Source of the DNA: a virus
Length of the DNA: 64,000 nt
Direction: 5' to 3' (one strand)
Virus record (IMG/VR): IMGVR_UViG_3300038696_000205
Span: 1 to 64,000 of that record
Shown: piece after piece, positions 10,210 to 19,416 of the stretch
Position numbering within the stretch: position 1 is the first letter of the stretch
Layout: each line of letters opens with the position of its first letter
The notes under the pieces: generated by a model
The model's database searches: none
Seen by the model: only the letters and a program-made list of their open reading frames with translations
What the model was told of the DNA's origin: nothing
Translations under genes and position numbers: made by a program

Positions 10210-10534
10210 AGGTTACTTTTTTTTCGGTTACTATTATTTGGTTTTGTATTGCGTATGTCGCCATATCGGACCAACTTTCAAAATCAACTTCCGTTAGTAT
10301 ATCACCATTTGGGTGAATTTCCTTTAAGTTTATTTTTTTAGTTTCGGAATCAATACGATAAAACCAATCCGTTTTATTAAAATTAATTGTTTTTTTTATA
10401 ATTAAGTCACCCATGTGCAATGCATCACAAGAACCCCTGGGACAAGGCACCATACGACCTTCCGTCATAGAGTCAATTTCACACCTACTACACGACCAAT
10501 ATTCCTCTACCGTATCTTCTAGAAATTTTTTCAT
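10202..10534 (-). CDS. hypothetical protein
   Basis: Intact ORF overlapping thyA start; Cys-rich N-part. Confidence 0.75.
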   Translation of the reverse strand: MKKFLEDTVEEYWSCSRCEIDSMTEGRMVPCPRGSCDALHMGDLIIKKTINFNKTDWFYRIDSETKKINLKEIHPNGDILTEVDFESWSDMATYAIQNQIIVTEKKVTYE

Positions 10535-10535
10535 A

Positions 10536-10967
10536 TTATATTTTATATTCGGTAATGTGTTTACCTAATTTATTGTTTAACGCTTTAATACTATCCTTAT
10601 GGAATATCCCATATTGGTCAAAGTACTCAACGTTTTCAGCCATCATGGTCTTCAATTCGTTCTCACTTTTAAATTGCTCCTTATCCTTAAGAATTTTAAT
10701 CTCCTTTAATATCTTATCGACATCTACCGAATCATTCTTACTAAAGGCATACGCCTTTATGTTACTGTTCAACACCTTACCTTGACTATCGGCAGTCTCG
10801 AACCTCATATAATCCGTAGGTGAAACCTTAAGGTAGGTATATGACCCACCGTTTTTAAAGATAATTGTTAAATTTTCTGTACTCTTGTCCAATGTTGAGG
10901 ATAAAATATTAGATGATTCGTATATCACGTCAATTTTATCGTCATTTTCTACTCTTTGTAATATCAT
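10536..10967 (-). CDS. KTSC domain protein
   Basis: SSNI....D.....LTIIFKNGGSYTY..V....Y..F..ADSQGK..N.NIK pattern. Confidence 0.8.
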   Translation of the reverse strand: MILQRVENDDKIDVIYESSNILSSTLDKSTENLTIIFKNGGSYTYLKVSPTDYMRFETADSQGKVLNSNIKAYAFSKNDSVDVDKILKEIKILKDKEQFKSENELKTMMAENVEYFDQYGIFHKDSIKALNNKLGKHITEYKI

Positions 10968-10984
10968 AATTTTTAGTTTTAATG

Positions 10985-11188
10985 CTATATACCCGTTTTA
11001 TAGTATACTTTTTTTATTTTATTTACCTTACTTAATTCAAATATTTCACCACTAATATAACCGTCAAGGTCACTTTCTATGATAAGGTAATTACCACTAA
11101 AAGAAACTTTTGCGTTAAAAAAATCAAGTTTTTCCCGTGAATTATTACTATTCACCAATATTGAAACTTCGTCATATATCGTATCCAT
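10985..11188 (-). CDS. hypothetical protein
   Basis: 67-aa ORF co-oriented with downstream genes. Confidence 0.65.
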   Translation of the reverse strand: MDTIYDEVSILVNSNNSREKLDFFNAKVSFSGNYLIIESDLDGYISGEIFELSKVNKIKKVYYKTGI

Positions 11189-11301
11189 ATTTAATCAACT
11201 ATTTACTTTACCTTACAAATATACTATTTATTTAGTAGAAAATCAAGCTTGTTTTTCCGAATATAATTAGCTATATTTGTAGCGAAGATAAAACACAATT
11301 T

Positions 11302-12129
11302 ATGAATAGAGAAATTATACCAAAAGTAAAATTAATTATGGGCAAGGCCAATGAAACGGCCAGGGAGTATGATGACTCTATGGTGAGACCAGAACATATT
11401 ATGTTGGCAATTTTAACTGACGATAGTAATTCATGTATTACTTACCTATCGAAAATGGGTGTAAATTTAGACAACCTTTATGATGAAATAACCGAATCAA
11501 TAAAGTCACAGGAATTAAAGACCACCAACATATATGTTAGGAAACTTAAACTACCTTTTAGCGATGAGGTTAAGTTGGCATTTAAATTGCTAGATAAAGA
11601 ATCAGAAGGTGTTGGGTTTACCGTTATTAATACGTCACACATATTACTGGCCTTATTAACATTCCCAAAACTACACATTACTAAAATTTTAAAAACAAAA
11701 AAAGTCACACATACAACCTTTAAAAATAAAATTATGGAATTAAGTAACGGTTTTAAGGAAAATATAGAAGTAATTAAAAATTCCATTAAAGATGATGGTG
11801 ATGATTTAACGATAGGGCGTGGTAAAAATGAAAATCAGACCATTAAAAATGAAACAAAAACCCCAGCACTTGATAATTTTTGTAGGGATATAACCAAGGA
11901 TGCCAAAAATGGTAAATTAGACCAAGTTATTGGTAGGGCCAAGGAAATCAAACGTGTTTCACAAATTTTAGCCAGACGTAAGAAAAACAACCCAGTCCTT
12001 ATAGGTGAACCTGGAGTTGGTAAGTGTTTTTCTTCTGATACTGAGGTAGTTATTAAAAATGATTTAACTGGTGAAGTATTTAAAATTAAAATCGAAGATT
12101 TATTAAAACGATTGCCAACCCCTAGTTAA
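11302..12129 (+). CDS. clpC: ClpC-type AAA+ ATPase fragment 1 (Clp N-domain to Walker A of NBD1) plus 34-aa N-intein
   Basis: EHIMLAIL Clp-N repeat, [44 protein letters not shown] then CFSSDT; TATATTTG promoter box upstream. Confidence 0.95.
   Translation: MNREIIPKVKLIMGKANETAREYDDSMVRPEHIMLAILTDDSNSCITYLSKMGVNLDNLYDEITESIKSQELKTTNIYVRKLKLPFSDEVKLAFKLLDKESEGVGFTVINTSHILLALLTFPKLHITKILKTKKVTHTTFKNKIMELSNGFKENIEVIKNSIKDDGDDLTIGRGKNENQTIKNETKTPALDNFCRDITKDAKNGKLDQVIGRAKEIKRVSQILARRKKNNPVLIGEPGVGKCFSSDTEVVIKNDLTGEVFKIKIEDLLKRLPTPS
12025..12126 (+). mobile_element. split intein 1, N-fragment (34 aa)
   Basis: [34 protein letters not shown] then TAA; intein block A directly after GK of Walker A. 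Confidence 0.9.
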
Positions 12130-12177
12130 CTAATTTAACGTTAGGTATTGACTTTTTAAATTAAACCGTATATTTAT

Positions 12178-13623
12178 ATGAAATATATAGATATGAAAAT
12201 TAATTATAAAAAGAATGGTAACCATAGTGTTGAATTTAACGAATATTTTAAAACTGTTGATGATTTAAAATTATTCATTAAAAATAATAATAAATTTATA
12301 AATGTAGGTGTTTTAACTAATGATATTACTAACATTTATTATGAGTTAGTGAAATTAGAAGAATCTATCAAGTCAAGCGTTTTAGATAGATTCTTAGTTA
12401 GTAAATTTAATTTTAAATTCAAAAGACCAAATAATATTAATTTTTGGTTAGAAAGAGGTTTTGGAATTTATGAATTTAATGAATATGTTGGGGTTAAAAT
12501 AAATAAATTAGGAAATAATACCGAAAATATATTCAAGTTTAACAATTTTAAATTTAAAATTTTAGGAATTCCAAAATGTAATTTATGTGATTCTGATTTA
12601 ATAATTGAACCTACAATTGGTAGGTATGAAATTAAAGGGTGTTTAAATATTAATTGTGAAACCCATAAAAATGAAACGGTAAGTACAATTAAACAATTAG
12701 CATTTTTACCAATTAATTTATATGAAAATAAAAATAATAGAATTAAGGTTAATAGTAAGTTATATAAAGAGTATTGGTTATTAAAAGGGTTGTCTTATGA
12801 TATTGCTAATGAAAAAATTAATGAAATTAAAGAGTTGTTAGTTAATATCACTGTAAACTCTTTTGATTATTATAAAATTACAACTGATTTAAATGATTTT
12901 GAAATAAATAAAATCATTAATAAGCAATCATCTTGGTGTATTGAACATTGGTTAAGTAAGGGGTTAGATATTAACGAGAGTAAAAGTAAAGTTAGTGAGG
13001 TACAAGGTAAAAATGCTGATAAATTAGTTAAACTTAGAAAAAAATATCCAGAAAGATATGGCGCAACGACTGAAACACAACTACAGTATTGGATAAATAA
13101 AGGTTATAACTTAAAGGATGCTGAAATTAAATTGAGTGAGAGACAAACAACATTTTCAAAAGAAATATGCGTCCAAAAATATGGTGAAGAAAAAGGATTA
13201 GAAAGATTTATTAATAGACAAGAAAAATGGTTAAATAATTATAAAAGAGTTAATTTTTCTAAAATTTCACAAGAATTATTTTGGGATGTTTTAAATAACA
13301 ACCCAAATATTTTAAATGAAAATATTTATTTTGACACATTATTAGATGGCAATAGAGATGATTCTGGTAAAAATAATGAATATCGACTAAAATTGGGGGA
13401 ATCTTATATATTACCAGATTTTTTTGATAAAACAAACGGTAAAATTATTGAGTTTGATGGAACTTATTATCATAGAAAAACTCCAGAAAATAGTAAAAGG
13501 GAAGATAAGAGAGATAAGATGATTTTAGATGGTGGCTATAAAGTATTACACGTAACTGAAAAGGATTATAGAGAAGATAAGCGAAAAGTAATAAATAAAT
13601 GTATAGAATATTTAAAAGAATAA
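12178..13623 (+). CDS. free-standing putative homing endonuclease (Vsr-like PD-(D/E)xK C-terminal domain)
   Basis: LPDFF..KIIEFDGTYYH..D..RD...GYKVLHV motif; CxxC..CxxxxC; repeated W-x-x-[KR]-G units; lies between intein halves. Confidence 0.8.
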   Translation: MKYIDMKINYKKNGNHSVEFNEYFKTVDDLKLFIKNNNKFINVGVLTNDITNIYYELVKLEESIKSSVLDRFLVSKFNFKFKRPNNINFWLERGFGIYEFNEYVGVKINKLGNNTENIFKFNNFKFKILGIPKCNLCDSDLIIEPTIGRYEIKGCLNINCETHKNETVSTIKQLAFLPINLYENKNNRIKVNSKLYKEYWLLKGLSYDIANEKINEIKELLVNITVNSFDYYKITTDLNDFEINKIINKQSSWCIEHWLSKGLDINESKSKVSEVQGKNADKLVKLRKKYPERYGATTETQLQYWINKGYNLKDAEIKLSERQTTFSKEICVQKYGEEKGLERFINRQEKWLNNYKRVNFSKISQELFWDVLNNNPNILNENIYFDTLLDGNRDDSGKNNEYRLKLGESYILPDFFDKTNGKIIEFDGTYYHRKTPENSKREDKRDKMILDGGYKVLHVTEKDYREDKRKVINKCIEYLKE

Positions 13624-13627
13624 AAAT

Positions 13628-13990
13628 ATGAATGAATTAAAAAAAATTACAAAATCATTTGATATGTCAAATTATAGTATATTAACTGATACTGGGTTTG
13701 AAAAATTAGAAAAGTTGCATGAAACTATCCCATATGAAGTTTACCAACTTAAATTAGATAACGGTAACGAACTTAAATGTGCTGATAATCATATAGTATT
13801 CTTCCAAGATACTTTTGATGAAATCTTCGTAAAAAATCTAAAAGTTGGAGATAAGATTGAAGTAGAAGGTAATAAAGGAGGGTCAGTTGTTGAAGTAATC
13901 AATTTAGGTTATGAAGAAGTAATGTACGATTTTGAACTTATAGAGGGTTCTAATAGACGTTATTATACCAATGGAATTCTATCACATAAT
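13628..13990 (+). mobile_element. split intein 1, C-fragment (121 aa)
   Basis: Block B KCADNH, block F MYDFEL, block G GILSHN, +1 Thr. Confidence 0.9.
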
Positions 13991-15085
13991 ACGGCAATAG
14001 TCGAGGGAATCGCAAGCCTAATCAATGAAGGTAAAGCACCAAGAGTATTACTGGATAAAAAGATATACTCATTAAACCTAACCTCAATGGTCGCTGGTAC
14101 AAAATACAGAGGACAATTCGAGGAAAGGATGAAGGCCATTATGGACGAGTTAGAAGAAAGTAAAAACATTATACTCTTTATAGACGAACTTCATACAATC
14201 GTGGGTACTGGAAATGCATCTGGTAGTATGGATGCCGCAAATATTCTTAAACCAGCATTAGCCAATGGCGGAATACAGTGTATTGGTGCCACCACGTTAG
14301 ATGAGTACAGGGAAAATATCGAAAAGGATAAGGCCCTTGATAGAAGATTCCAATCAGTTATAGTGGAAGAAACTACAATGGACGAAACCCAAACTATACT
14401 TGAAAATATAAAGGGTAAATACGAAGACTACCACAAAGTGACCTACACTGATGAGGCTATTGTGGAATGTATTAAATTATCCAATAGATACATATCGGAT
14501 AGGTCCATGCCAGATAAAGCCATCGATGTACTTGATGAAGCTGGGGCATCTACTAATGTAAACCAAAAAATACCAGAGATAATCAAAAAACTGGAGGCCA
14601 GAAAAGACCAAATAAATATTAGTAAACTAGAAGTAGTTAAAAAACAAAATTACGAGGAAGCTGCCAAACTTAGAGATGAAGAACGCAAAATAAACGATGA
14701 GTTGGATAAGTCAAAAAAAGAGTGGAACGATTCTTTGGATAAAAAACGTACAATAGTCGATGTTGAATTGGTGTCGGAAGTTATATCCATGATGACTGGA
14801 ATTCCAATTAGTAAGGTTTCCTCACAAGAAAACAAAAAACTTATAACCATGGACAAGGATTTGATGGGTAAGGTTATCGGTCAAGATGAAGCGGTCAGTA
14901 AAGTCGTAAGAGCAATTAAAAGGAACCGTTTGGGTATCAAGGATAAATCCAAACCAATCGGGTCATTTATATTCCTAGGTTCAACTGGTGTAGGTAAGTG
15001 TATTTGCTCGAACACTCAGATTAAAATTAGGTCTAAAATCGATGGTGTTGTTAAAACCATCAATATAGGTGAATTGGATAGCTAA
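13628..15085 (+). CDS. clpC: ClpC fragment 2: C-intein 1 (121 aa), rest of NBD1 and UVR middle domain to Walker A of NBD2, then 28-aa N-intein 2
   Basis: SHN|TAIVEG; AGTKYRGQFEER, LFIDELHTIVG, DKALDRRFQ, PDKAIDVLDEAG, QNYEEAAKLRD, VIGQDEAV, FLGSTGVGK|CICSNT. Confidence 0.95.
   Translation: MNELKKITKSFDMSNYSILTDTGFEKLEKLHETIPYEVYQLKLDNGNELKCADNHIVFFQDTFDEIFVKNLKVGDKIEVEGNKGGSVVEVINLGYEEVMYDFELIEGSNRRYYTNGILSHNTAIVEGIASLINEGKAPRVLLDKKIYSLNLTSMVAGTKYRGQFEERMKAIMDELEESKNIILFIDELHTIVGTGNASGSMDAANILKPALANGGIQCIGATTLDEYRENIEKDKALDRRFQSVIVEETTMDETQTILENIKGKYEDYHKVTYTDEAIVECIKLSNRYISDRSMPDKAIDVLDEAGASTNVNQKIPEIIKKLEARKDQINISKLEVVKKQNYEEAAKLRDEERKINDELDKSKKEWNDSLDKKRTIVDVELVSEVISMMTGIPISKVSSQENKKLITMDKDLMGKVIGQDEAVSKVVRAIKRNRLGIKDKSKPIGSFIFLGSTGVGKCICSNTQIKIRSKIDGVVKTINIGELDS
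14999..15082 (+). mobile_element. split intein 2, N-fragment (28 aa)
   Basis: CICSNTQIKIRSKIDGVVKTINIGELDS then TAA, directly after GSTGVGK. Confidence 0.9.
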
Positions 15086-15159
15086 TTATCACCCAAAACC
15101 AGTTGAACCAATATTTAATTATCAACAAATAGGTCTTTCTCAAATAATTAACATAGTTA

Positions 15160-16710
15160 TTGCTAAACGTAATAGGTATGTTAATTATAAAAGAGAGAAA
15201 AAAGTATGAATTTAATGAAGTCTTTAAGGCTAATAATGATTTTAATGAATTTTTATTATTAGAATATAATAAACTTAATTTTGATAATGATGATATACAA
15301 TCATCAATTAAGATTCTATATGATAAGTTAGTTAATGATGAGGGAGTTGTCAAATACTTAAGATTAACTAGGTGGGTATCAAAAGAATTTAAATTTAAAT
15401 GTAAGAATATATTACAAGAGTGCTTCTGGTTAGAGCGAGGGTGGTCATCTAATGAAACCAAAGAAAAGATTTCAAATATTATGGTGGAACGAAGTAATAA
15501 GGCTAGTATAACTAAAAGTGAATTAAAAAAAGATATTATATTTGACGACACTGAAAAAGATATTAAATATAATAAAATTAAATTTAAATCAATACATGAA
15601 CCAAGGTGTGGTAAGTGTAATTCAACTTTAGAATTAAAAAAACGGAATAAAAATAATATATTGGGTGATTTTTATTATGAAATAATAAAATGTTCTAACG
15701 ATAGTTGTGAAACCCATAATATGGGTAGGAATAATAAATATCGTGCGTTTCTACCATCAATTAAGGCTGAATGTATTATAAACGAGATAACTAATAATAT
15801 TAAGGGTAGTAATAAATTATGTGTAAAGTCTTGGATTAATAAGGGTTATTCAGAAAAAGAAGCTAAAAATATAATTAGTGAAATCCAAAGTACTAACTCG
15901 AAATTAGTTAAAAATAGATTTATAGTTAGTAAAGAAAATTTAAAAATGAATGGCTTTAGTGATGATGAAATAATTAAAATTTGTCAAACGCCAACTCGGA
16001 GAGAATTTTATGAAGGTAAAGGACTTACCGATGATGAAATTACAAGTAAGATAAGGAAACAACAAAAGTACGCTGCATCATTTGTTGATTATGAAAAAAG
16101 ATTATTACCTAGTAATATTGAATATTGGGTTAATAAAGGACATGGGTACATTGAGGCTAAACAAAAAGTAATTGAAAGACAAACAACATTCTCAAGGGAA
16201 ATATGTATTGAAAAATATGGTGAAATCGAAGGGTTAAAGGTATTTACTGAAAGACAAAATAAGTGGTCTAAATCATTAAATAATGGTGGTAAAATGAAGA
16301 ATGGTTACTCTAAAATTTCTCAACATTTATTCCATATATTATTAAATTCATATGAAGTTGATGATAGGGTTAAAATTATGTTCGCAACCCATAATGGTGA
16401 ATTTAAGTTAAATAAATGTGAAAATGAGGGGGGTATTTGGATGTATGATTTCACAGATGTAAAAAATAAAAAAATAATCGAATATCATGGGGATATGTTT
16501 CATGGTAACCCTAAAAAATATTTAGCAGAAGATTATCCACACCCTTTTAGAAAAACAATCACTGCACAAGAAATGTGGGATAAAGATAAAAAGAAGATGG
16601 ATATTGCTTATCAAAATGGTTTTGAGGTATTGGTAATTTGGGATAGTGAATATAGGTGGGGGAATAAACAAAAAATAATCGATAAGTGTCTCGCATTTAT
16701 CAATAAATAA
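15160..16710 (+). CDS. second free-standing putative homing endonuclease, paralogue of 12178..13623
   Basis: Shared WLERG, C..C, CETH, YW.NKG..ERQTTFS.EIC..KYG, SKISQ.LF, KIIEY.G..FH motifs; start may be ATG 15178. Confidence 0.8.
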   Translation: MLNVIGMLIIKERKKYEFNEVFKANNDFNEFLLLEYNKLNFDNDDIQSSIKILYDKLVNDEGVVKYLRLTRWVSKEFKFKCKNILQECFWLERGWSSNETKEKISNIMVERSNKASITKSELKKDIIFDDTEKDIKYNKIKFKSIHEPRCGKCNSTLELKKRNKNNILGDFYYEIIKCSNDSCETHNMGRNNKYRAFLPSIKAECIINEITNNIKGSNKLCVKSWINKGYSEKEAKNIISEIQSTNSKLVKNRFIVSKENLKMNGFSDDEIIKICQTPTRREFYEGKGLTDDEITSKIRKQQKYAASFVDYEKRLLPSNIEYWVNKGHGYIEAKQKVIERQTTFSREICIEKYGEIEGLKVFTERQNKWSKSLNNGGKMKNGYSKISQHLFHILLNSYEVDDRVKIMFATHNGEFKLNKCENEGGIWMYDFTDVKNKKIIEYHGDMFHGNPKKYLAEDYPHPFRKTITAQEMWDKDKKKMDIAYQNGFEVLVIWDSEYRWGNKQKIIDKCLAFINK

Positions 16711-16745
16711 ATATAAATAAATAAAAATAAATAAAAATAAATAAA

Positions 16746-17414
16746 ATGGTGAAAGAAAAGGATAATTATTATACGTACTTAACTGGATATATTAATGACG
16801 TGATACAACCAAGTGGTGAAGTAGAATCTACTTCTGAGTTATTTAGTGATAAAAAACTAAAATTGTGGATAGTAGATGAATTAATGAAAATACCCGAAAT
16901 TAGTAAAACATTACTATGTAATTACTTTCATGAGTTATATGATTACATATTAGAAAATGAAGTTACAGATTTAGAAGACTTAGTTAAATCATTCTGTTTT
17001 AATAAAATAACTAAATGGGAAATGAATTCAGATTCCAATACAATAATATTAAAAACAGATGAATCTAGTAAAAAAATAACTAAAACAACTAAAATTAGTG
17101 AATATGAAGTCGAAACCCCAAGCGGTTGGGTTGATATAGAAGCACTACACGAGACTATTGAGTACCAAGTGTATGAATTAACCTTATTAAATGGTTATAG
17201 TTTTAAATGTGCTGATAATCATATTGTGATTAATGGTAAGGGTGAAGAAGTGTTTGTTAAAAATTTAAATGAAGGTGATGAGGTTAAAACAGACGATGGG
17301 GTCAGTAATGTTATCTCGGTTATTAATTTAGGTTATAAAGAAACTATGTATGACCTAGAATTAGATGATGATTCAGATAGAGTATATTATACCAATGGGA
17401 TTTTATCACATAAT
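16746..17414 (+). mobile_element. split intein 2, C-fragment
   Basis: KCADNH, MYDLEL, GILSHN, +1 Thr; last ~118 aa clearly similar to C-fragment 1. Confidence 0.9.
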
Positions 17415-18188
17415 ACGTATTTAACAAAATTATTGGCAGAGCACATATTTGGTGATGCCGATGCGCTAATTAGAATGGACATGTCCGAATACATGGAAAA
17501 ACATTCGGTATCTAGATTAGTTGGTGCACCTCCAGGATATGTGGGCTATGAGGAAGGTGGTCAATTAACCGAAAAGGTTAGACGTAAACCTTACGCAGTA
17601 ATTCTTTTTGATGAAATAGAAAAAGCACACCCAGACGTATTCAATATATTATTACAATTATTGGACGAAGGGCAATTAACGGATTCATTGGGTAGAAAGG
17701 TAAACTTTAAAAATTGTTTAATAATCATGACATCTAACGTAGGTGTTACCGAATTAAATAGTTTTGGTAAGAATATGGGCTTTGAAACCAAGAATAAATC
17801 GTTGGACGAACAGGAAAGGTCTCGCTCTATTATTCAAAAGGCACTTAAAAAGAAATTTAAACCAGAGTTCTTGAATAGAATTGATGAGGCGATTATCTTC
17901 AACAGCTTAAAACAAGAGGATATCCATAAAATTATATATATTGAATTGGAAAAATTAAAAGTTAGGGTCAAGGAAACTGGATTCGACCTAAAATTCAATA
18001 AAAGTGCTGTGGAATACATAGCTAAAAAAGGATATGATGAAGCATATGGGGCAAGACCACTTAACAGGGCAATCCAACAATACGTGGAAGACCCGATTGC
18101 CGATGAAATTCTAAACGGTAAATTTAAAGAGGGTGATACAATAAAAGTAACCCTAGACAAGAAAACGGATAAAATTGCATTAACATAA
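16746..18188 (+). CDS. clpC: ClpC fragment 3: C-intein 2 (223 aa incl. N-terminal extension) plus rest of NBD2
   Basis: SHN|TYLTKLLA; RMDMSEYMEKHSVSRLVGAPPGYVGYEEGGQLTEKVRRKPY, LFDEIEKAHPDV, IMTSNVG, PEFLNRID, YGARPLNR. Confidence 0.95.
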   Translation: MVKEKDNYYTYLTGYINDVIQPSGEVESTSELFSDKKLKLWIVDELMKIPEISKTLLCNYFHELYDYILENEVTDLEDLVKSFCFNKITKWEMNSDSNTIILKTDESSKKITKTTKISEYEVETPSGWVDIEALHETIEYQVYELTLLNGYSFKCADNHIVINGKGEEVFVKNLNEGDEVKTDDGVSNVISVINLGYKETMYDLELDDDSDRVYYTNGILSHNTYLTKLLAEHIFGDADALIRMDMSEYMEKHSVSRLVGAPPGYVGYEEGGQLTEKVRRKPYAVILFDEIEKAHPDVFNILLQLLDEGQLTDSLGRKVNFKNCLIIMTSNVGVTELNSFGKNMGFETKNKSLDEQERSRSIIQKALKKKFKPEFLNRIDEAIIFNSLKQEDIHKIIYIELEKLKVRVKETGFDLKFNKSAVEYIAKKGYDEAYGARPLNRAIQQYVEDPIADEILNGKFKEGDTIKVTLDKKTDKIALT

Positions 18189-18191
18189 AAT

Positions 18192-18219
18192 AAAAACCCA
18201 CCATTCGGTGGGTTTTTTT
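18192..18219. terminator. intrinsic terminator after clpC fragment 3
   Basis: AAAAACCCACC-ATTC-GGTGGGTTTTTTT. Confidence 0.9.
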
Positions 18220-18231
18220 ATATTTATATTT

Positions 18232-18849
18232 ATGATACAAGATATACTAAGTAAAAAATATCCTAAATATTTAGATGCTCTGGATATTTACGAGAAAGAG
18301 GGTAGTTTAACCCTAGCAAGAATAATTATTAAACCTGAGTTTAGAAAAACAGGTGTTGGTAGTCAGATAATGACCGATTTAATAGATTATGCTGACGAAA
18401 CTAATAAGATAGTAGTACTTACACCTTCCGAAGATTTTGGTGGTCTTAAAAGCAGTCTAATTAGATTTTATAAACGTTTTGGTTTTAAGGACAATAAGGG
18501 TCCGAATAAAAACTTTGAATTTAGGGAGGCAATGATTAGAGAGCCAAAACTAAATGAAATGAAAAATAATAAATTTAAAGGTGGGTTAAGTGATAACTTA
18601 ACTATTAATGATATTGCAAATAAATTCAACGTAACCGTAGACTCGTTAAACAAGGAATTAATTATGGGGATTAAGGTCGAAATGGAACATGTTAATAATA
18701 AAGAGTCCGCAAAAGAAATAGCCATGGACCACTTAACCGAATTACCAAATTATTATACTGAATTAAATAATATGGAAGTTAGGGCAAAAAATAAATTAAA
18801 TAAATCCGTTAAAGAAATGGTCCACGAAGCTTTAAGAAGAAATATATAA
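18232..18849 (+). CDS. GNAT-like domain fused to DUF5661-like domain
   Basis: IIIKPEFRKTGVGSQIM..LIRFYKRFGF (GNAT); GIKVEMEH..AKEIAMDHL.E.PNYY (DUF5661-like); start moved to ATG 18232 since the track start lies inside the terminator. Confidence 0.65.
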   Translation: MIQDILSKKYPKYLDALDIYEKEGSLTLARIIIKPEFRKTGVGSQIMTDLIDYADETNKIVVLTPSEDFGGLKSSLIRFYKRFGFKDNKGPNKNFEFREAMIREPKLNEMKNNKFKGGLSDNLTINDIANKFNVTVDSLNKELIMGIKVEMEHVNNKESAKEIAMDHLTELPNYYTELNNMEVRAKNKLNKSVKEMVHEALRRNI

Positions 18850-18911
18850 ACAAAAAAAGTTAAGGCTATTGATAAAATAACCTTAACTTTAATTTTATTT
18901 CTTTAAAAGAA

Positions 18912-19121
18912 TTACTTCTTCCCTTCGGTAATCTTAGCTATCTTAGCTTCTAAATTAGCTATCTTACTTTCTAAAAGGTTACCAGCGTTAGCTTTTTGTT
19001 CAGCAATCCATTGTTTTTTCTTAACCGCAACAGCCTCAGTTACAATACCATCGATTAAATCAACCAATTCGTTTTCAGTAATTTTTACAGTTTTTGCGCT
19101 TTTCTTTAAGTTATTTGACAT
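18912..19121 (-). CDS. small coiled-coil hypothetical protein
   Basis: 69-aa ORF convergent on a bidirectional hairpin. Confidence 0.7.
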   Translation of the reverse strand: MSNNLKKSAKTVKITENELVDLIDGIVTEAVAVKKKQWIAEQKANAGNLLESKIANLEAKIAKITEGKK

Positions 19122-19416
19122 AATTTTATAGGAATTTTAGTTTAAATTTTATTCACCTACTAATAAGTATTATGAAAATCACCAAAAGACAAAATAATAA
19201 AAAAAAATTATTTATCTTCAAAAACATTATAAATCATTGTTAAATCTGCAATGCTTAAACCTTTTCTCATACTGAAAAATCTTCTGGCCTCATGTAATGA
19301 GACTGCTTCACATTTATTTATAATTTCATCATCATCTGTAACCAGTTTATATTTCATAATTTATTTTTTAAAAATTTATTTATTGCGACATAGCGACACA
19401 TTGAATGTCGCAAAAC

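Noticed and set aside
12130-16745. Group I or II introns as the explanation for the split clpC
   Set aside because: Breaks are flanked by complete intein blocks, each downstream piece has its own start, and I saw no intron core motifs; the in-frame gap after 12129 contains further stops
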